Source of the DNA: an uncultured Chloroflexia bacterium
Lineage (GTDB): Bacteria; Chloroflexota; Limnocylindria; Limnocylindrales; CSP1-4
Assembly: GCA_963712745.1 (NCBI GenBank)
Contig: CAVQJC010000001.1
Span: 64,001-128,000, forward strand
DNA length: 64,000 nt
Direction: 5' to 3'
In this document: one piece after another, positions 51,728-61,979 of the stretch
Position numbering within the stretch: position 1 is the stretch's first letter
Layout: each line of letters opens with the position of its first letter
Notes under the pieces: model-generated
What the model was told of the DNA's origin: nothing
Seen by the model: only the letters and a program-made list of their open reading frames with translations
Databases searched by the model: none
Position numbers and translations under genes: made by a program

Positions 51728-54217
51728 GTGGCATATCCCCAGGCGATGAACGAGCAGACCGGCGCTGGCCCCGGCCCCACCAGGACCGCACGTGGCCCTG
51801 TGCCCCGGGCGCGACCGCGCCCTCCGCAGCCGTCTGTCCCGGTGCAGCAGTCGCCACCACCGCCAGCGTTCTCGTCGGCACTGGCACCACGGCATCCCCC
51901 GCCGGGCTCGTACGCCTGGCCGGCCCCGCTCTCGACCCGGCCCATCCCGCCGCCGACGACGAGCGTTCCGCCGAGCCGGACGACAGCCACCGGTGGACCC
52001 TCGCGCGCCGAGCATTTCCGGCCCGACATCGAGGGCTTGCGCGGGCTGGCCATCCTGCTGGTGGTCCTCTTCCACGCGGCGCCGGGGCTCGCCGCGGGTG
52101 GCTACATCGGCGTCGATGTCTTCTTCGTCATCAGTGGCTTCCTCATCACCGGCCTGCTGATGCGGGAGTTGGACAGCCGGGGCCGTGTCGATGTGAGGCG
52201 CTTCTACGTTCGACGCATCCGCCGCCTGCTGCCGGCAGCCTCGCTCGCCATCGGTGTCACGTTCCTGCTGAGCGCGATGGTCATCCCGCCGCTGGACCTG
52301 CCCCGCGTTGCCGGGGACGGCATCGCCTCCGCGCTATCGGTCGCGAACATCCGCTTCGCCGTCGCTGCCGGCGACTACTTCAGCGCCGAGGCCGCCGCCT
52401 CCCCGTTCCTGCATTACTGGTCGCTGAGCGTGGAGGAGCAGTTCTACCTCGTCTGGCCGGCGCTGCTCATCGTGGCGCTCGCGTTGTTCCGGGGGCCACG
52501 CGGCGTAGCCCTGGCGGTGGCGGCCGTGGCCGTCATCTCGTTCGGCCTCGCGGTGGTGCTGACCGACGTCGCGGTGAACTGGGCCTTCTTCTCACTGCCC
52601 ACCCGAGCCTGGCAGTTGGCGCTCGGTGGGCTGCTCGCCATCGCCGCGCTCCGCGGGCTGCGGGCCGGGCGCTTCTTGGGGGTGCTCGTCGTCGTCGGAT
52701 GGCTGGGCCTGGTGGCCGTACTGGTCGCCGGCGTCGCCTTCGACGCACAGCTGGCGTACCCCGGCCTGTGGGCGCTGGCGCCGACTGTGGGCGCCGTGGC
52801 CATCATCCTCGCCGGCGACCACCGGTTCGGTCCTGGCCTCGTCCTGCGGACGGCACCGATGCGGTTCTTCGGGCGCATCAGCTACTCGCTCTACCTATGG
52901 CACTGGCCGCTGCTGGTGCTGCCGGCCATCGCCGTCGGCTCCGAGCTGCCCCTGGAGGTCCGTGCCGGCCTCGTCCTGCTGGCGGTGCTCATCGCGACCG
53001 CAAGCACGCTCATCGTCGAGGAACCGATCCGCCGGTCGCCCGCTCCGGCGAGCGGGCGACGCCAGCTGGCCGTGCCTTCGATGCTGGTACTGGCCCTGGC
53101 GGTCGTCGTCGCATCCGGTGTGGGTGCCACGACGTGGGTGACCGACACGGCCATCGCGGAGTCGCGCCAGCCGCCGGTAGCACGGGCAGACCCGAACGAG
53201 ACGACCGGTGGAGCCGAGCCGGGCAGCAGGGCCAGGGGCGCTGCTGCCGAGACGCCTCGTCCTGCGGCGCCTCAGAACGAAGAGCGAGACCCCGAGCCGA
53301 ACGCTCGCACCAAGGCGGCCCGGAAGACCCCTCGCTCGGTTCCCGATCCGCCGCCCGCACGGCGCTCGTCGAAGAAGCCCCGATCCACGCCACGCCCGAC
53401 GCCACGCCCGCTGCCTGTCATCGGGCTACCTGCCGACGTGCGACCGTCCGTCTGGGACGCGTCCGAGGACGAGGAGCAGCTCCGTCGTAACTACTGTCTG
53501 GAGTCGGAGGAAGCGACGCGTCCGAAGCGATGCGTGTTCGGCAACACGCGAAGCAAGTTCGTCGTTGCGCTCGTGGGCGACTCGCACGCCTCGCACTGGT
53601 TCCCGGCGATCCAGCGGGTCGCCAAGAAGCGAGACTGGCGAGTCGTCACCTTCGTCAAGGTCTCCTGCCCGTTCGCGGACATGCCGGTCAAGAACCTCAG
53701 GTTGAAGCGGACCTACACCGAATGCGCGCGCTTCAACGAGAACACCGTGGCGGCGCTCATGAAGCTCAAGCCCGACCTCGTCATCACCGCGCTGTTCCGC
53801 TTCCAGTACCCCGTCCGCTCGAGCGACGAGTCCGCCACCGAGCAGGGCCTCTCCGTCGCGCGCATGCTCGACCAGGTGCCGGGGAAGAAGGTGATCCTCG
53901 CGGACGTACCCTTCGCCAGCCACGACGTACCGGCCTGTCTCTCGAAGAACCTCAAAGACGTCCGACGCTGCGCCGTGGCCAGCTTCCGGCGGTCATCCGG
54001 CGGCTCCCCCGAGCGTGAACGCATCGCGGCGAAGCGCAGCGGTGGCTCCATCATCAACCTTGGCCGTGCCATCTGCGGCGGTCCGGGCGACTGCCCGGTC
54101 GTCCGCGACGGCATGATCATCTACCGCGACACCCACCATCTCACGGCCACGTTCGCCCGCTCGCTCGCGCCCGCCCTGGACCGGGCGCTGAACCGGGTCC
54201 TCGGCCGACGGCCCTGA
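51728..54217 (+). CDS. Acyltransferase-3/SGNH fusion (OatA-like O-acetyltransferase)
   Basis: FRPDIEGLRG, GVDVFFVISGFLI, HYWSLSVEEQFY, SYSLYLWHWP, GDSHA, DTHHL; start uncertain. Confidence 0.92.
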   Translation: MAYPQAMNEQTGAGPGPTRTARGPVPRARPRPPQPSVPVQQSPPPPAFSSALAPRHPPPGSYAWPAPLSTRPIPPPTTSVPPSRTTATGGPSRAEHFRPDIEGLRGLAILLVVLFHAAPGLAAGGYIGVDVFFVISGFLITGLLMRELDSRGRVDVRRFYVRRIRRLLPAASLAIGVTFLLSAMVIPPLDLPRVAGDGIASALSVANIRFAVAAGDYFSAEAAASPFLHYWSLSVEEQFYLVWPALLIVALALFRGPRGVALAVAAVAVISFGLAVVLTDVAVNWAFFSLPTRAWQLALGGLLAIAALRGLRAGRFLGVLVVVGWLGLVAVLVAGVAFDAQLAYPGLWALAPTVGAVAIILAGDHRFGPGLVLRTAPMRFFGRISYSLYLWHWPLLVLPAIAVGSELPLEVRAGLVLLAVLIATASTLIVEEPIRRSPAPASGRRQLAVPSMLVLALAVVVASGVGATTWVTDTAIAESRQPPVARADPNETTGGAEPGSRARGAAAETPRPAAPQNEERDPEPNARTKAARKTPRSVPDPPPARRSSKKPRSTPRPTPRPLPVIGLPADVRPSVWDASEDEEQLRRNYCLESEEATRPKRCVFGNTRSKFVVALVGDSHASHWFPAIQRVAKKRDWRVVTFVKVSCPFADMPVKNLRLKRTYTECARFNENTVAALMKLKPDLVITALFRFQYPVRSSDESATEQGLSVARMLDQVPGKKVILADVPFASHDVPACLSKNLKDVRRCAVASFRRSSGGSPERERIAAKRSGGSIINLGRAICGGPGDCPVVRDGMIIYRDTHHLTATFARSLAPALDRALNRVLGRRP

Positions 54218-54494
54218 GGCCATGGCTGCCCGGGCGCGATGACTCAGGAGTGACCCGTGGAGCGGAGAGCGGCCTTCGCGGCCCTGTCCGGAGCCGCCAC
54301 CGCGGGGAGCGAGACCAGGAAGCTGACCGCAAGAGCCATCGCAACCCGCGCAGGAGCATCGGCCGATGCGTGGCGCAGCCATCGTGCCAGCGGACGTCCA
54401 GCCCTACCCCATCCAAGTCGCAGGTACAACGTCACTTGCCAGCCGGACGAGCCGGGCATACGTTCGAGTTGAGTGGTCGCGAAGGAGAGGGATC

Positions 54495-55100
54495 ATGTCC
54501 AGGATCGCAACCATGCCGGCGATCGCACTCGCACTCGCGCTCGCCGCTGGGGGTGTCGCCAGCGCGACTGAACCAGACGAGGGTCAGCACGTCGACGACC
54601 CCCTCGGTGATGCCACGGGCACGGCCCCCGACATCGTCGCCTGCTCGATCAGCGAGCCGGACGGGCCTACGGTCAGTATCAGCGTCGAGTTCGCCTCGGA
54701 GCCACCGATCACCACCGACATGGAGACATACACCGACGTCATCTTCGTCGATCTAGCGGTGGATCCGGAGGGGGCGATGGCGACCACGGAGCAAGCCCGG
54801 GAGGAGACCGACTTCATCATCGGCACACACGCCGTCACGCTCCCCGAAGCACTCGAGCGCGGCGGCCACATGTATCCGACCGCGGAGGGCAGCGAGCTGT
54901 TCTGGCACGTGGTCGATGTGGCGGTCGAGGGCCCGACGATCACGTTCGCGGTCGACCGCGAGCTGCTCGGCGACCCGGACGTGATCTCCTGGCACGTGCT
55001 TGCGGGCATCGAACGCGGAGAAGGCGAAGAAGAACCCGAGGAGTCGTTCGACGACTGCCCCAACGACTCGCGCGGCACCTACGAGCTGACGAAGTCGTGA
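54495..55100 (+). CDS. Secreted acidic protein, paralog 1
   Basis: Signal peptide; DDPLGD..PDIVACSISEP, GTHAVTL, FWHVVDVAVEG, DCP. Confidence 0.75.
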   Translation: MSRIATMPAIALALALAAGGVASATEPDEGQHVDDPLGDATGTAPDIVACSISEPDGPTVSISVEFASEPPITTDMETYTDVIFVDLAVDPEGAMATTEQAREETDFIIGTHAVTLPEALERGGHMYPTAEGSELFWHVVDVAVEGPTITFAVDRELLGDPDVISWHVLAGIERGEGEEEPEESFDDCPNDSRGTYELTKS

Positions 55101-55152
55101 CGCTGATCGTGGGCCCGCCACAGCGGCCCGATGGGCAGGGATACCCCATGAG

Positions 55153-55773
55153 GTGATGATGATGACCCTGGTATCGAAGATCCTGGCGGCCGCCGCTGCG
55201 CTCGTGCTGGCGAGCGCGACCGGGGTGGCTGCCGCCGAGGTCGAGCCGGAGCCGACCGACCCGCCGACCGTCCCGCTGGCCATCTACGAGGACCCCGTGG
55301 GCGACGTGCCGGGTGGCGAAGGGCCCGACTTCGTGTCCTGCAGCATCGCTGAACCCTGGCAATCCCTCGTCAGCTTCAGCTTCGAGTTCGCCGCGGAACC
55401 GCCGCTTTCCTATGACCTCGAGACGATGTCAACAGACGAGCTCTGGGTCGGCCTGTCGACCGATCCGGCGGCGATCTTCCCCGATGACATCACCCACCTC
55501 CTCGGTGTCCATGGAGCCACGCTCGAGCAGGAGGCCGTGTCCGGTGCCACGCTGTTCGACGCGACGCTGACCGAGGGCGACCCGGTGTTCTGGGGCGTCG
55601 TCGACGTCGAGGTCGAGGGGACGATCCTGACACTGACCGTCGATCGCAAGCTGGTGGGCGACCCCGAGGATCTGTACTTCGTGGGCATCGCCTCCACCGA
55701 AGGGCAGGAGGTCGGCGACTTCTGCCCCGATGTCCACGAGCTGGAGCCGGGCAGGTACCAGCTGGGCGGATAG
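55153..55773 (+). CDS. Secreted acidic protein, paralog 2
   Basis: Signal peptide; EDPVGD..PDFVSCSIAEP, GVHGATL, FWGVVDVEVEG, FCP. Confidence 0.75.
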   Translation: MMMMTLVSKILAAAAALVLASATGVAAAEVEPEPTDPPTVPLAIYEDPVGDVPGGEGPDFVSCSIAEPWQSLVSFSFEFAAEPPLSYDLETMSTDELWVGLSTDPAAIFPDDITHLLGVHGATLEQEAVSGATLFDATLTEGDPVFWGVVDVEVEGTILTLTVDRKLVGDPEDLYFVGIASTEGQEVGDFCPDVHELEPGRYQLGG

Positions 55774-55836
55774 ACCGCCTGGGTGGCTGCGATCTGAGGC
55801 GGCACGATGGCGCCTCCGCGGGCGCGACCCCGAAGA

Positions 55837-56616
55837 TCAGGACCTGTTCCAGGAGCCGACCTGAGGGGGCGCCGAGTCGCGGATCTCGTCATCGTCCGGA
55901 TCGACCACGATGCGGCCGCTGGACCCAAGGACAAGGACCACGGCATCGGGCGCCACATGGAGGACGCCGGGCCCCAGGTCGAGCACGAGCGGCAGCTCCA
56001 GGGCCCTGGCGATGATGGCCGCGTGCCCGACGACTGTCCCGCCGGCGAGGGCGATCCCGGCAACGAGCTCCGGTCGCAGGCTCGCCGTCTCGGATGGCCC
56101 GAGGTCGTCGGCGATGAGCACGGCCGGCGCACCGTCGGCGTGCCATGGATCGGTGACCTGTCGACCGCTGATCCGACGGGTGATCCGATGGGCGACATCC
56201 AGGACGTCAGCCGCCCGTGCCTGGAAGAACGGATCGTCCAGCGCCGCGAGCTTCTCCGACTGCCTGGTCGCGGCTGCGAGCAGCGCCTGGTCGGCAGCAG
56301 CGCCGGAGCATACCGATTCCAGGGCGGGCGCGACGATCGCTGGGTCGCGCGCGATGACGGCCTGGGCTTCGAGGATCGCCGCGACATCCATCCCGGCGCT
56401 CGATGCGGTCTGTGCGGCGAGCGCCGTCAGCTCAGCGGCCGTCGCCTCGATCGCATCCTGCAGTCGCGCCACCTCAAGTGACGTATCACCGCTGGCGGCG
56501 AGACCCATCTCAGAGTCAGCGACCGATCCGTCACTCGGCACGCGAGCCAGGCGGAGGGCCCGGCCGATGCCCACACCTGGTGAGGCGGCAACGCCGGTGA
56601 ACACCGCACGGGTCAA
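55837..56616 (-). CDS. PTS enzyme I N-terminal portion only (no PEP-binding barrel)
   Basis: GVAASPGVGIG, QARAADVLDV, ADDLGPSET, GHAAIIARALELP, ends at GRIVVDPD. Confidence 0.8.
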   Translation of the reverse strand: MTRAVFTGVAASPGVGIGRALRLARVPSDGSVADSEMGLAASGDTSLEVARLQDAIEATAAELTALAAQTASSAGMDVAAILEAQAVIARDPAIVAPALESVCSGAAADQALLAAATRQSEKLAALDDPFFQARAADVLDVAHRITRRISGRQVTDPWHADGAPAVLIADDLGPSETASLRPELVAGIALAGGTVVGHAAIIARALELPLVLDLGPGVLHVAPDAVVLVLGSSGRIVVDPDDDEIRDSAPPQVGSWNRS

Positions 56617-56631
56617 GGTTCGGGCCTCGCT

Positions 56632-57276
56632 TCAGCCTGAGATCGAGTCGGCGAGCGCGCGGACCAGCAGGGCGGCCGATGTGGCACCGGGATCCTGATG
56701 ACCGATGCTCCGTTCGCCAAGGTACGACGCCCGGCCCTTCGTTGCCAGCATCGGGATCGTGCGTTCGGCCCCCAGCTCCGCCGCCTCGGCCGCGGCCCGG
56801 ACGACGCCGATTGTGTCCCGGCCGTTCTGGAGCGCGACTCGCGCGGCTTCCGCTGCGGGAGCCAGCGCGTCCAGCATCGTCTTCTCACCCGTGCTCGATC
56901 GGCCGAGCGTGCCGATGCCCTCGACCACGGCCTCCAGTCCGGACACGAGCAGTCGGCCATCCGACGTCCCGGACTCAGCGGAGCCGATCGCGGCCGCCGC
57001 TCGCAGCAGACCCGTCCCGTAGAGTGGCCCGGATGCGCCGCCAACGCTGGAAATCAGCGTCCGCCCGGCCTGGCGCAGGCGTTCCGACGCGGCCCCGACA
57101 CCATGGTCGGCGGGCGGTCCTGCCTCGATCATGGCGGCGATCGCGCTGAACCCCCGGTCGAGGTTGACGCCGTGATCGCCGTCGCCGATGGCCTGGTCCA
57201 GCAGGGTCAGCCGATCGACCGCCGCATGGACCCGTTCTGCCGCGAGGCGGAGCCAGGCGTCGATGGTAGGAGACAT
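56632..57276 (-). CDS. dhaL: Dihydroxyacetone kinase ADP-binding subunit
   Basis: LDQAIGDGDHGVNL, GGASGPLYG, GEKTMLDAL, KGRASYLGERSIGHQDPGA. Confidence 0.95.
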   Translation of the reverse strand: MSPTIDAWLRLAAERVHAAVDRLTLLDQAIGDGDHGVNLDRGFSAIAAMIEAGPPADHGVGAASERLRQAGRTLISSVGGASGPLYGTGLLRAAAAIGSAESGTSDGRLLVSGLEAVVEGIGTLGRSSTGEKTMLDALAPAAEAARVALQNGRDTIGVVRAAAEAAELGAERTIPMLATKGRASYLGERSIGHQDPGATSAALLVRALADSISG

Positions 57277-57294
57277 CAGAGCGGGCGCCGGAGC

Positions 57295-58314
57295 TCAGGC
57301 GCCCCAGCGCAGTCCTGGCGTATGGACCGGCGCATCCCAAAGACGCACAAGCTCATCGTCGAGTCGCAGGAGTGTGACGGCGAACCCGGCCATCTCCAAG
57401 CTCGTGATGTAGTTGCCGACAAGGCATCGACCGATGCTGATGCCCAGGCCGGAGAGGATCCTGGCCACGCTGTCGAACGCGACGTACAGCTCGATGAGTG
57501 GCGTCCCGCCCATGCCGTTCACGAGGGTGAGGACGGTCTGCCCGCGAGTCAGCCCCAGGTCCGCCACGATCGGCGAGACCAACCACTCGGCCATGTCGTC
57601 GACCGCGGCCAGTCGCTCTCGTCGCCGCCCGGGCTCGCCATGGATGCCGATGCCGACCTCGACCTCGTCGTCGGGCAGATCGAAGGTCGGCGTGCCCGCC
57701 GCTGGCACCACGCAGGACGTCAGCGCCAGGCCCATCGAGCGGCCCTGCTCGTTGACGCGCCGCGCCACCGTGGCCACATCGCCCAGCGAGGCACCGGCCT
57801 CAGCGGCGGCACCGGCGATCTTCTCCACCAGCACCGTGACCCCGACCCCGCGCCGGCCGGCCGTATAGAGCGAATCCTCGACCGACACGTCGTCGTTGGT
57901 AAGCACCGAAGCGACCTCGACCTCGCCCGCCACGAGCTCAGCGGCCATCTGGAAATTCAGCACATCGCCGGTGTAGTTCTTGACGATGTGGAGGACGCCG
58001 GCTCCACGTTCTACGGCCCGCGTAGCAGCCTCGATCTGGTCCGGGACCGGTGATGTGAAGATCTCGCCGGGACAGGCGGCATCGAGCATGCCGTAGCCCA
58101 CGAAGCCACTATGGAGTGGCTCATGTCCCGAGCCGCCCCCGGAGACGAGCCCGACCTTGCCCTCGGTCGGCCCGCCGGCTCGAAGAACGATGCGGTTCGC
58201 GGTGTCTACTCGCACGAGCTCGCCGTGAGCGGCTGCGAGGCCGGCCAGGCTGTCGGAGACGACACCCTCCGCGGTATTGAGGAGCTTCTTCATGCGAGCG
58301 GCTTCCGGCGTCAT
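57295..58314 (-). CDS. dhaK: Dihydroxyacetone kinase DHA-binding subunit
   Basis: [36 protein letters not shown]. Confidence 0.95.
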   Translation of the reverse strand: MTPEAARMKKLLNTAEGVVSDSLAGLAAAHGELVRVDTANRIVLRAGGPTEGKVGLVSGGGSGHEPLHSGFVGYGMLDAACPGEIFTSPVPDQIEAATRAVERGAGVLHIVKNYTGDVLNFQMAAELVAGEVEVASVLTNDDVSVEDSLYTAGRRGVGVTVLVEKIAGAAAEAGASLGDVATVARRVNEQGRSMGLALTSCVVPAAGTPTFDLPDDEVEVGIGIHGEPGRRRERLAAVDDMAEWLVSPIVADLGLTRGQTVLTLVNGMGGTPLIELYVAFDSVARILSGLGISIGRCLVGNYITSLEMAGFAVTLLRLDDELVRLWDAPVHTPGLRWGA

Positions 58315-58640
58315 GGGTGCCTCCTCCCGGTGCCAGGCTGGTCGATCGATGATGGCCCATGCGCCGGGCCTGCGCCAGTGGCCGACGTATCGGGGACAAA
58401 CCCGAGCGCGACCACGCGCAGGGCCTCATCGGCATCGGCTCCGTCGGCGACCAGGGTGATCTCGGTCGACGGCCCGATCGCCAAGCCCAGGATCTCGATG
58501 AGGCTCTTGGCATCTGCCTCCCGTCCCTCGTGCCGGATGCTGATGCGGCTGCTGAAGGGACCGGCCAGCCGGACGATGCGAGCCGCCTGACGAGCGTGGA
58601 GCCCAGCGGGGTCGGTGACGACCACCCGGAGCTCGCTCAT
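58311..58640 (-). CDS. HPr family phosphocarrier
   Basis: [27 protein letters not shown]. Confidence 0.88.
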   Translation of the reverse strand: MSELRVVVTDPAGLHARQAARIVRLAGPFSSRISIRHEGREADAKSLIEILGLAIGPSTEITLVADGADADEALRVVALGFVPDTSATGAGPAHGPSSIDQPGTGRRHP

Positions 58641-59053
58641 GGGCCCACCTTGCGGCTCTTGGTGAGGCCGGCAGCTTGCTCGGCGGCCAGGACGATCTCG
58701 TCGATCGAGGCACCGACACTCGCCTGCACAGCCGCCACGATCGTGCCCTCTACGAGGGGTGCATCCGCGACCCGCACCCGGTCGCGCTCCGCCGGCTCCA
58801 GCGCGTCGAGGGCGACCTCGAGGCTGAGCACCGCGCTCCCAAGGTCGAGCAGGACGAGCACGTCATCGGCAGCCTCGAGCGCGCGCCGCAGCGCGGACAC
58901 GATCAGCGGCGCGCTCGTCCCGAGCTGCCCCTCGACCGTGCCGCCGGCGGTGGCGATGAGGACGTCAGGCCCGGCGACCTGACCAGCCATGTCCGCCAGA
59001 CCCTCGAGCAGCCTGTGGCTGTGGGAAACGAGCACCAGGCCAACCACGTTCAA
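58637..59053 (-). CDS. dhaM: Dihydroxyacetone kinase phosphoryl donor, EIIA-only DhaM
   Basis: GLVLVSHS, AGGT..GTS, LLDLGSAVLS, DAPLVEG. Confidence 0.9.
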   Translation of the reverse strand: MNVVGLVLVSHSHRLLEGLADMAGQVAGPDVLIATAGGTVEGQLGTSAPLIVSALRRALEAADDVLVLLDLGSAVLSLEVALDALEPAERDRVRVADAPLVEGTIVAAVQASVGASIDEIVLAAEQAAGLTKSRKVGP

Positions 59054-59453
59054 CGGCCTCCTGCAGCGACCTCTGTCAGCTCGGGACGCCCACCGATGAG
59101 GGGAGCGCTCGGGAGATCATGAGGATACTCGCCAGAAGAGGCACGGCAGCCGCGGACCTGACTGCAGCTCCACACCGACGATCCACCGGCGATCGGGTAG
59201 GGAGCGACGTCGACCCGCTCCCTCCCACACCACCTCTCGCCGCCACCGACGGCGGCCGAGGTGTCGCTGCGCTCTGGCGCCGGGCCTGGGCGGATCTACC
59301 GGCTCACCACGGCGTCAGGCCCGCCACGAGAGCGGGGTGGTTGCGGTCGATACACCGTCCAGGCACCTGCCGTTCGGCACTTGTGGGGAACGCTACCGGC
59401 CTGTATATGCTTTTGGCATACGGATGCACTAAGCATCCCCAGCTTGGATTGGC

Positions 59454-60428
59454 ATGGCATCGCTTCCGATCGCCTTCGGCCCGGTACTCAGTCGCCGCCT
59501 CGGCTGGAGTCTTGGGGTCAACCACCTGCGTCCCAAGACCTGCAGCTATTCCTGCATCTACTGCCAGGCGGGGCCCACGACACGTGCTCGCACTCGGCCG
59601 GAACTCCACTACGACCCCGACGATGTGGTTGCCGCGACCCTGGCTCGCGTCGCGGACTGTCGCGAGTCGAACCAGCGCCTGGACGTGGTGACCTTCATCC
59701 CCGACGGCGAGCCGACCCTCGACGCCAGCCTGGGCGATTGCATCGAGGTGCTGCGAGCCCAGGGCTTGCGAGTCGCGGTGATCAGCAACGGTTCGCTGCT
59801 CCACCGCCCGGAGGTGGAGGAAACGCTCCGCCTCGCCGACATCGTGTCGCTGAAGGTCGACACCGTTGACACGCCGACCTGGCGCAAGCTCAATCGTCCC
59901 GTCGGCACGCTCGACCTTGGCGTCATCCTGCGTTCGTTGCGCGCATTCGCCCACAGCTACGACGGAGCGCTCATCAGCGAAACGATGCTCGTGGGCGGCG
60001 TCAACGACGATGTCGGCTCGGCCGAGCGAGTGGCTGACTTCCTTACCACCATCAACCCCGACCACGCGTACATCACGGTGCCGACGCGGCCGGGAGCCGA
60101 ATCGTGGGCGCGGCGACCGTCCGCAACCCTCGCGCTGCGAGCCGCGGAAGCGTTCGCCAGCCGGCGACTACGCACCACGCTGCTGACCGCAGGCGACGAC
60201 GTGGGCACCTTCGCCCGGGCCGACGACACGGTGGAGAGCCTGATCGGCATCCTCGCGGTCCATCCCATGAGCGAACACATCGCTCGCCGCTATGCCGATG
60301 CGGCGTCAGCCGACTGGGGAGCCATCGAGCGACTCATCGAGAAAGGCCGCCTCGTCCGCGTCGTCCAGGACGGCACCGCCTATCTCCGTATCGACCACAC
60401 GCACGCCAACGAAGGGAGCCGACCATGA
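59454..60428 (+). CDS. Radical SAM protein of unknown substrate
   Basis: FGPVLSRRLGWSLGVN, CSYSCIYC, TFIPDGEPTLD. Confidence 0.9.
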   Translation: MASLPIAFGPVLSRRLGWSLGVNHLRPKTCSYSCIYCQAGPTTRARTRPELHYDPDDVVAATLARVADCRESNQRLDVVTFIPDGEPTLDASLGDCIEVLRAQGLRVAVISNGSLLHRPEVEETLRLADIVSLKVDTVDTPTWRKLNRPVGTLDLGVILRSLRAFAHSYDGALISETMLVGGVNDDVGSAERVADFLTTINPDHAYITVPTRPGAESWARRPSATLALRAAEAFASRRLRTTLLTAGDDVGTFARADDTVESLIGILAVHPMSEHIARRYADAASADWGAIERLIEKGRLVRVVQDGTAYLRIDHTHANEGSRP

Positions 60429-61522
60429 CATCGACACTCGACCCGCGAGTCACGGCTCGTGCGCTCGTGGTACCTGGCAAGGGCATCCTCGCCGCTGACG
60501 AGTCGTTCCCGACCATCGAGAAGCGCTTCGGTTCGATGGGCGTCGAATCGACCGAGTCGAATCGGCGCGCGTACCGCGAGATGCTGTTCTCGACCGCGGA
60601 ACTGGAACGCTCTATCAGCGGGGTCATCCTGTTCGACGAGACGATCCGTCAGGCCGACCGCGACGGCGTCCCCTTCCCCACCCTCCTCGACGCGAGGGGC
60701 ATCATCCCGGGCATCAAGGTCGACAAGGGTGCCAAGGCGCTCGCGGCCGCGCCCGGCGAGAAGGTCACCGAAGGTCTCGACGGGTTGCGTGATCGGCTCA
60801 GCGAGTACCGCGAGCTGGGGGCACGCTTCACCAAGTGGCGCGCCGTCTACGCCATCGGCGACGGGACGCCCAGCGAGCGCTGCATCCGTACCAACGCCGA
60901 CGCACTGGCGCGCTTCGCCACGCTCTCGCAGGAGGCCGAACTCGTGCCCATCCTCGAGCCAGAGGTGCTGATGGACGGCGCGCACAGCATCGAGCGCAGC
61001 GAGGCGGTCAGCCGTCACGTGTGGCAGTCGGTCTTCGAGGCGGCTCACGCACACCGAGTCGACCTGGAGTCGATGCTGCTCAAGACCAACATGGTGCTGC
61101 CGGGTTACGACAGCGCAGAGCAGGCGACGCCCGAAGAGATCGCACAGCGGACCGTGGCAAGCCTTGCCTGCCACGTGCCGCCGGCGGTGCCCGGCGTCGT
61201 GTTCCTCTCCGGTGGCCAGTCGGAGGAGACCGCCACCATCAACCTCGACGCCATCAACCGCAGCGGCACGTACGCGTGGGAGCTGTCGTTCTCCTTCGGC
61301 CGGGCGCTCCAGAGCAGCGCACTGCACGCCTGGGCCGACGACCCCGATGACATCGCCGTCGCCCAGGCCAAGCTACTCGCGCGGGCCGATGCGACGGCCG
61401 CCGCACGCGCCGGTGCCTACGGGGTTTCGGCACCGGCCGTGGCTGGCTCCACCGGCGGAGGCCGGGCCGCCTCGGCGGGCGGCGACGAAGTACTCGCAGG
61501 CTCGCGGCCTGCATCGGCTTGA
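60425..61522 (+). CDS. fba: Class I fructose-bisphosphate aldolase
   Basis: GKGILAADES, GIKVDKG, FTKWR, PILEPEV, LKTNMV, FLSGGQ, SFSFGRALQ. Confidence 0.93.
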   Translation: MTSTLDPRVTARALVVPGKGILAADESFPTIEKRFGSMGVESTESNRRAYREMLFSTAELERSISGVILFDETIRQADRDGVPFPTLLDARGIIPGIKVDKGAKALAAAPGEKVTEGLDGLRDRLSEYRELGARFTKWRAVYAIGDGTPSERCIRTNADALARFATLSQEAELVPILEPEVLMDGAHSIERSEAVSRHVWQSVFEAAHAHRVDLESMLLKTNMVLPGYDSAEQATPEEIAQRTVASLACHVPPAVPGVVFLSGGQSEETATINLDAINRSGTYAWELSFSFGRALQSSALHAWADDPDDIAVAQAKLLARADATAAARAGAYGVSAPAVAGSTGGGRAASAGGDEVLAGSRPASA

Positions 61523-61555
61523 CATCGCTACAGGCATGCATATGCTATTGACATA
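61519..61555 (+). promoter_or_regulatory. Sigma70-type promoter with overlapping palindromic operator
   Basis: TTGACA (61519), 16 nt, TATGCT (61541); TATG-N7-CATA motif also at 59406. Confidence 0.65.
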
Positions 61556-61556
61556 T

Positions 61557-61979
61557 ATGGACACAGACGGCTCACCGGCCGTGGTCGGACGCGGCTGGAG
61601 CACCAAGGGCCATCACCACGGCACGCACCATGGAGCTCGACGAGGTCGCTGGGTCGAACCGTTCGTGCTGCTGCTCGTGGCCCAGGGCCCGACGTACGGC
61701 TACAAGCTCATCGGTGAGCTCAATGAGCTGGGCGTCGCACCCGCCGGCATCGACGTCGGCATGGTCTACCGCACGCTCCGAAACATGGATGACGAGGGCC
61801 TCGTCACGACCGAATGGGGCCTGGAGGGCGACCAGCCCCGACGCGAGTACCGGCTCACCGAGGACGGAGCCTGTGCTCTGGCTGACTGGATGGACGTGAT
61901 GGCCGAGCGCAAACGCCTGATCGAGCACTTCCTCGATCGTGGCAAGACCATCGCACGACGAGATGGGAGACCAAGATGA
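61557..61979 (+). CDS. PadR family transcriptional regulator with His-rich N-tail
   Basis: LLLVAQGPTYGYKLI, GMVYRTLRNMDDEGLV..W, RREYRLTEDG. Confidence 0.9.
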   Translation: MDTDGSPAVVGRGWSTKGHHHGTHHGARRGRWVEPFVLLLVAQGPTYGYKLIGELNELGVAPAGIDVGMVYRTLRNMDDEGLVTTEWGLEGDQPRREYRLTEDGACALADWMDVMAERKRLIEHFLDRGKTIARRDGRPR

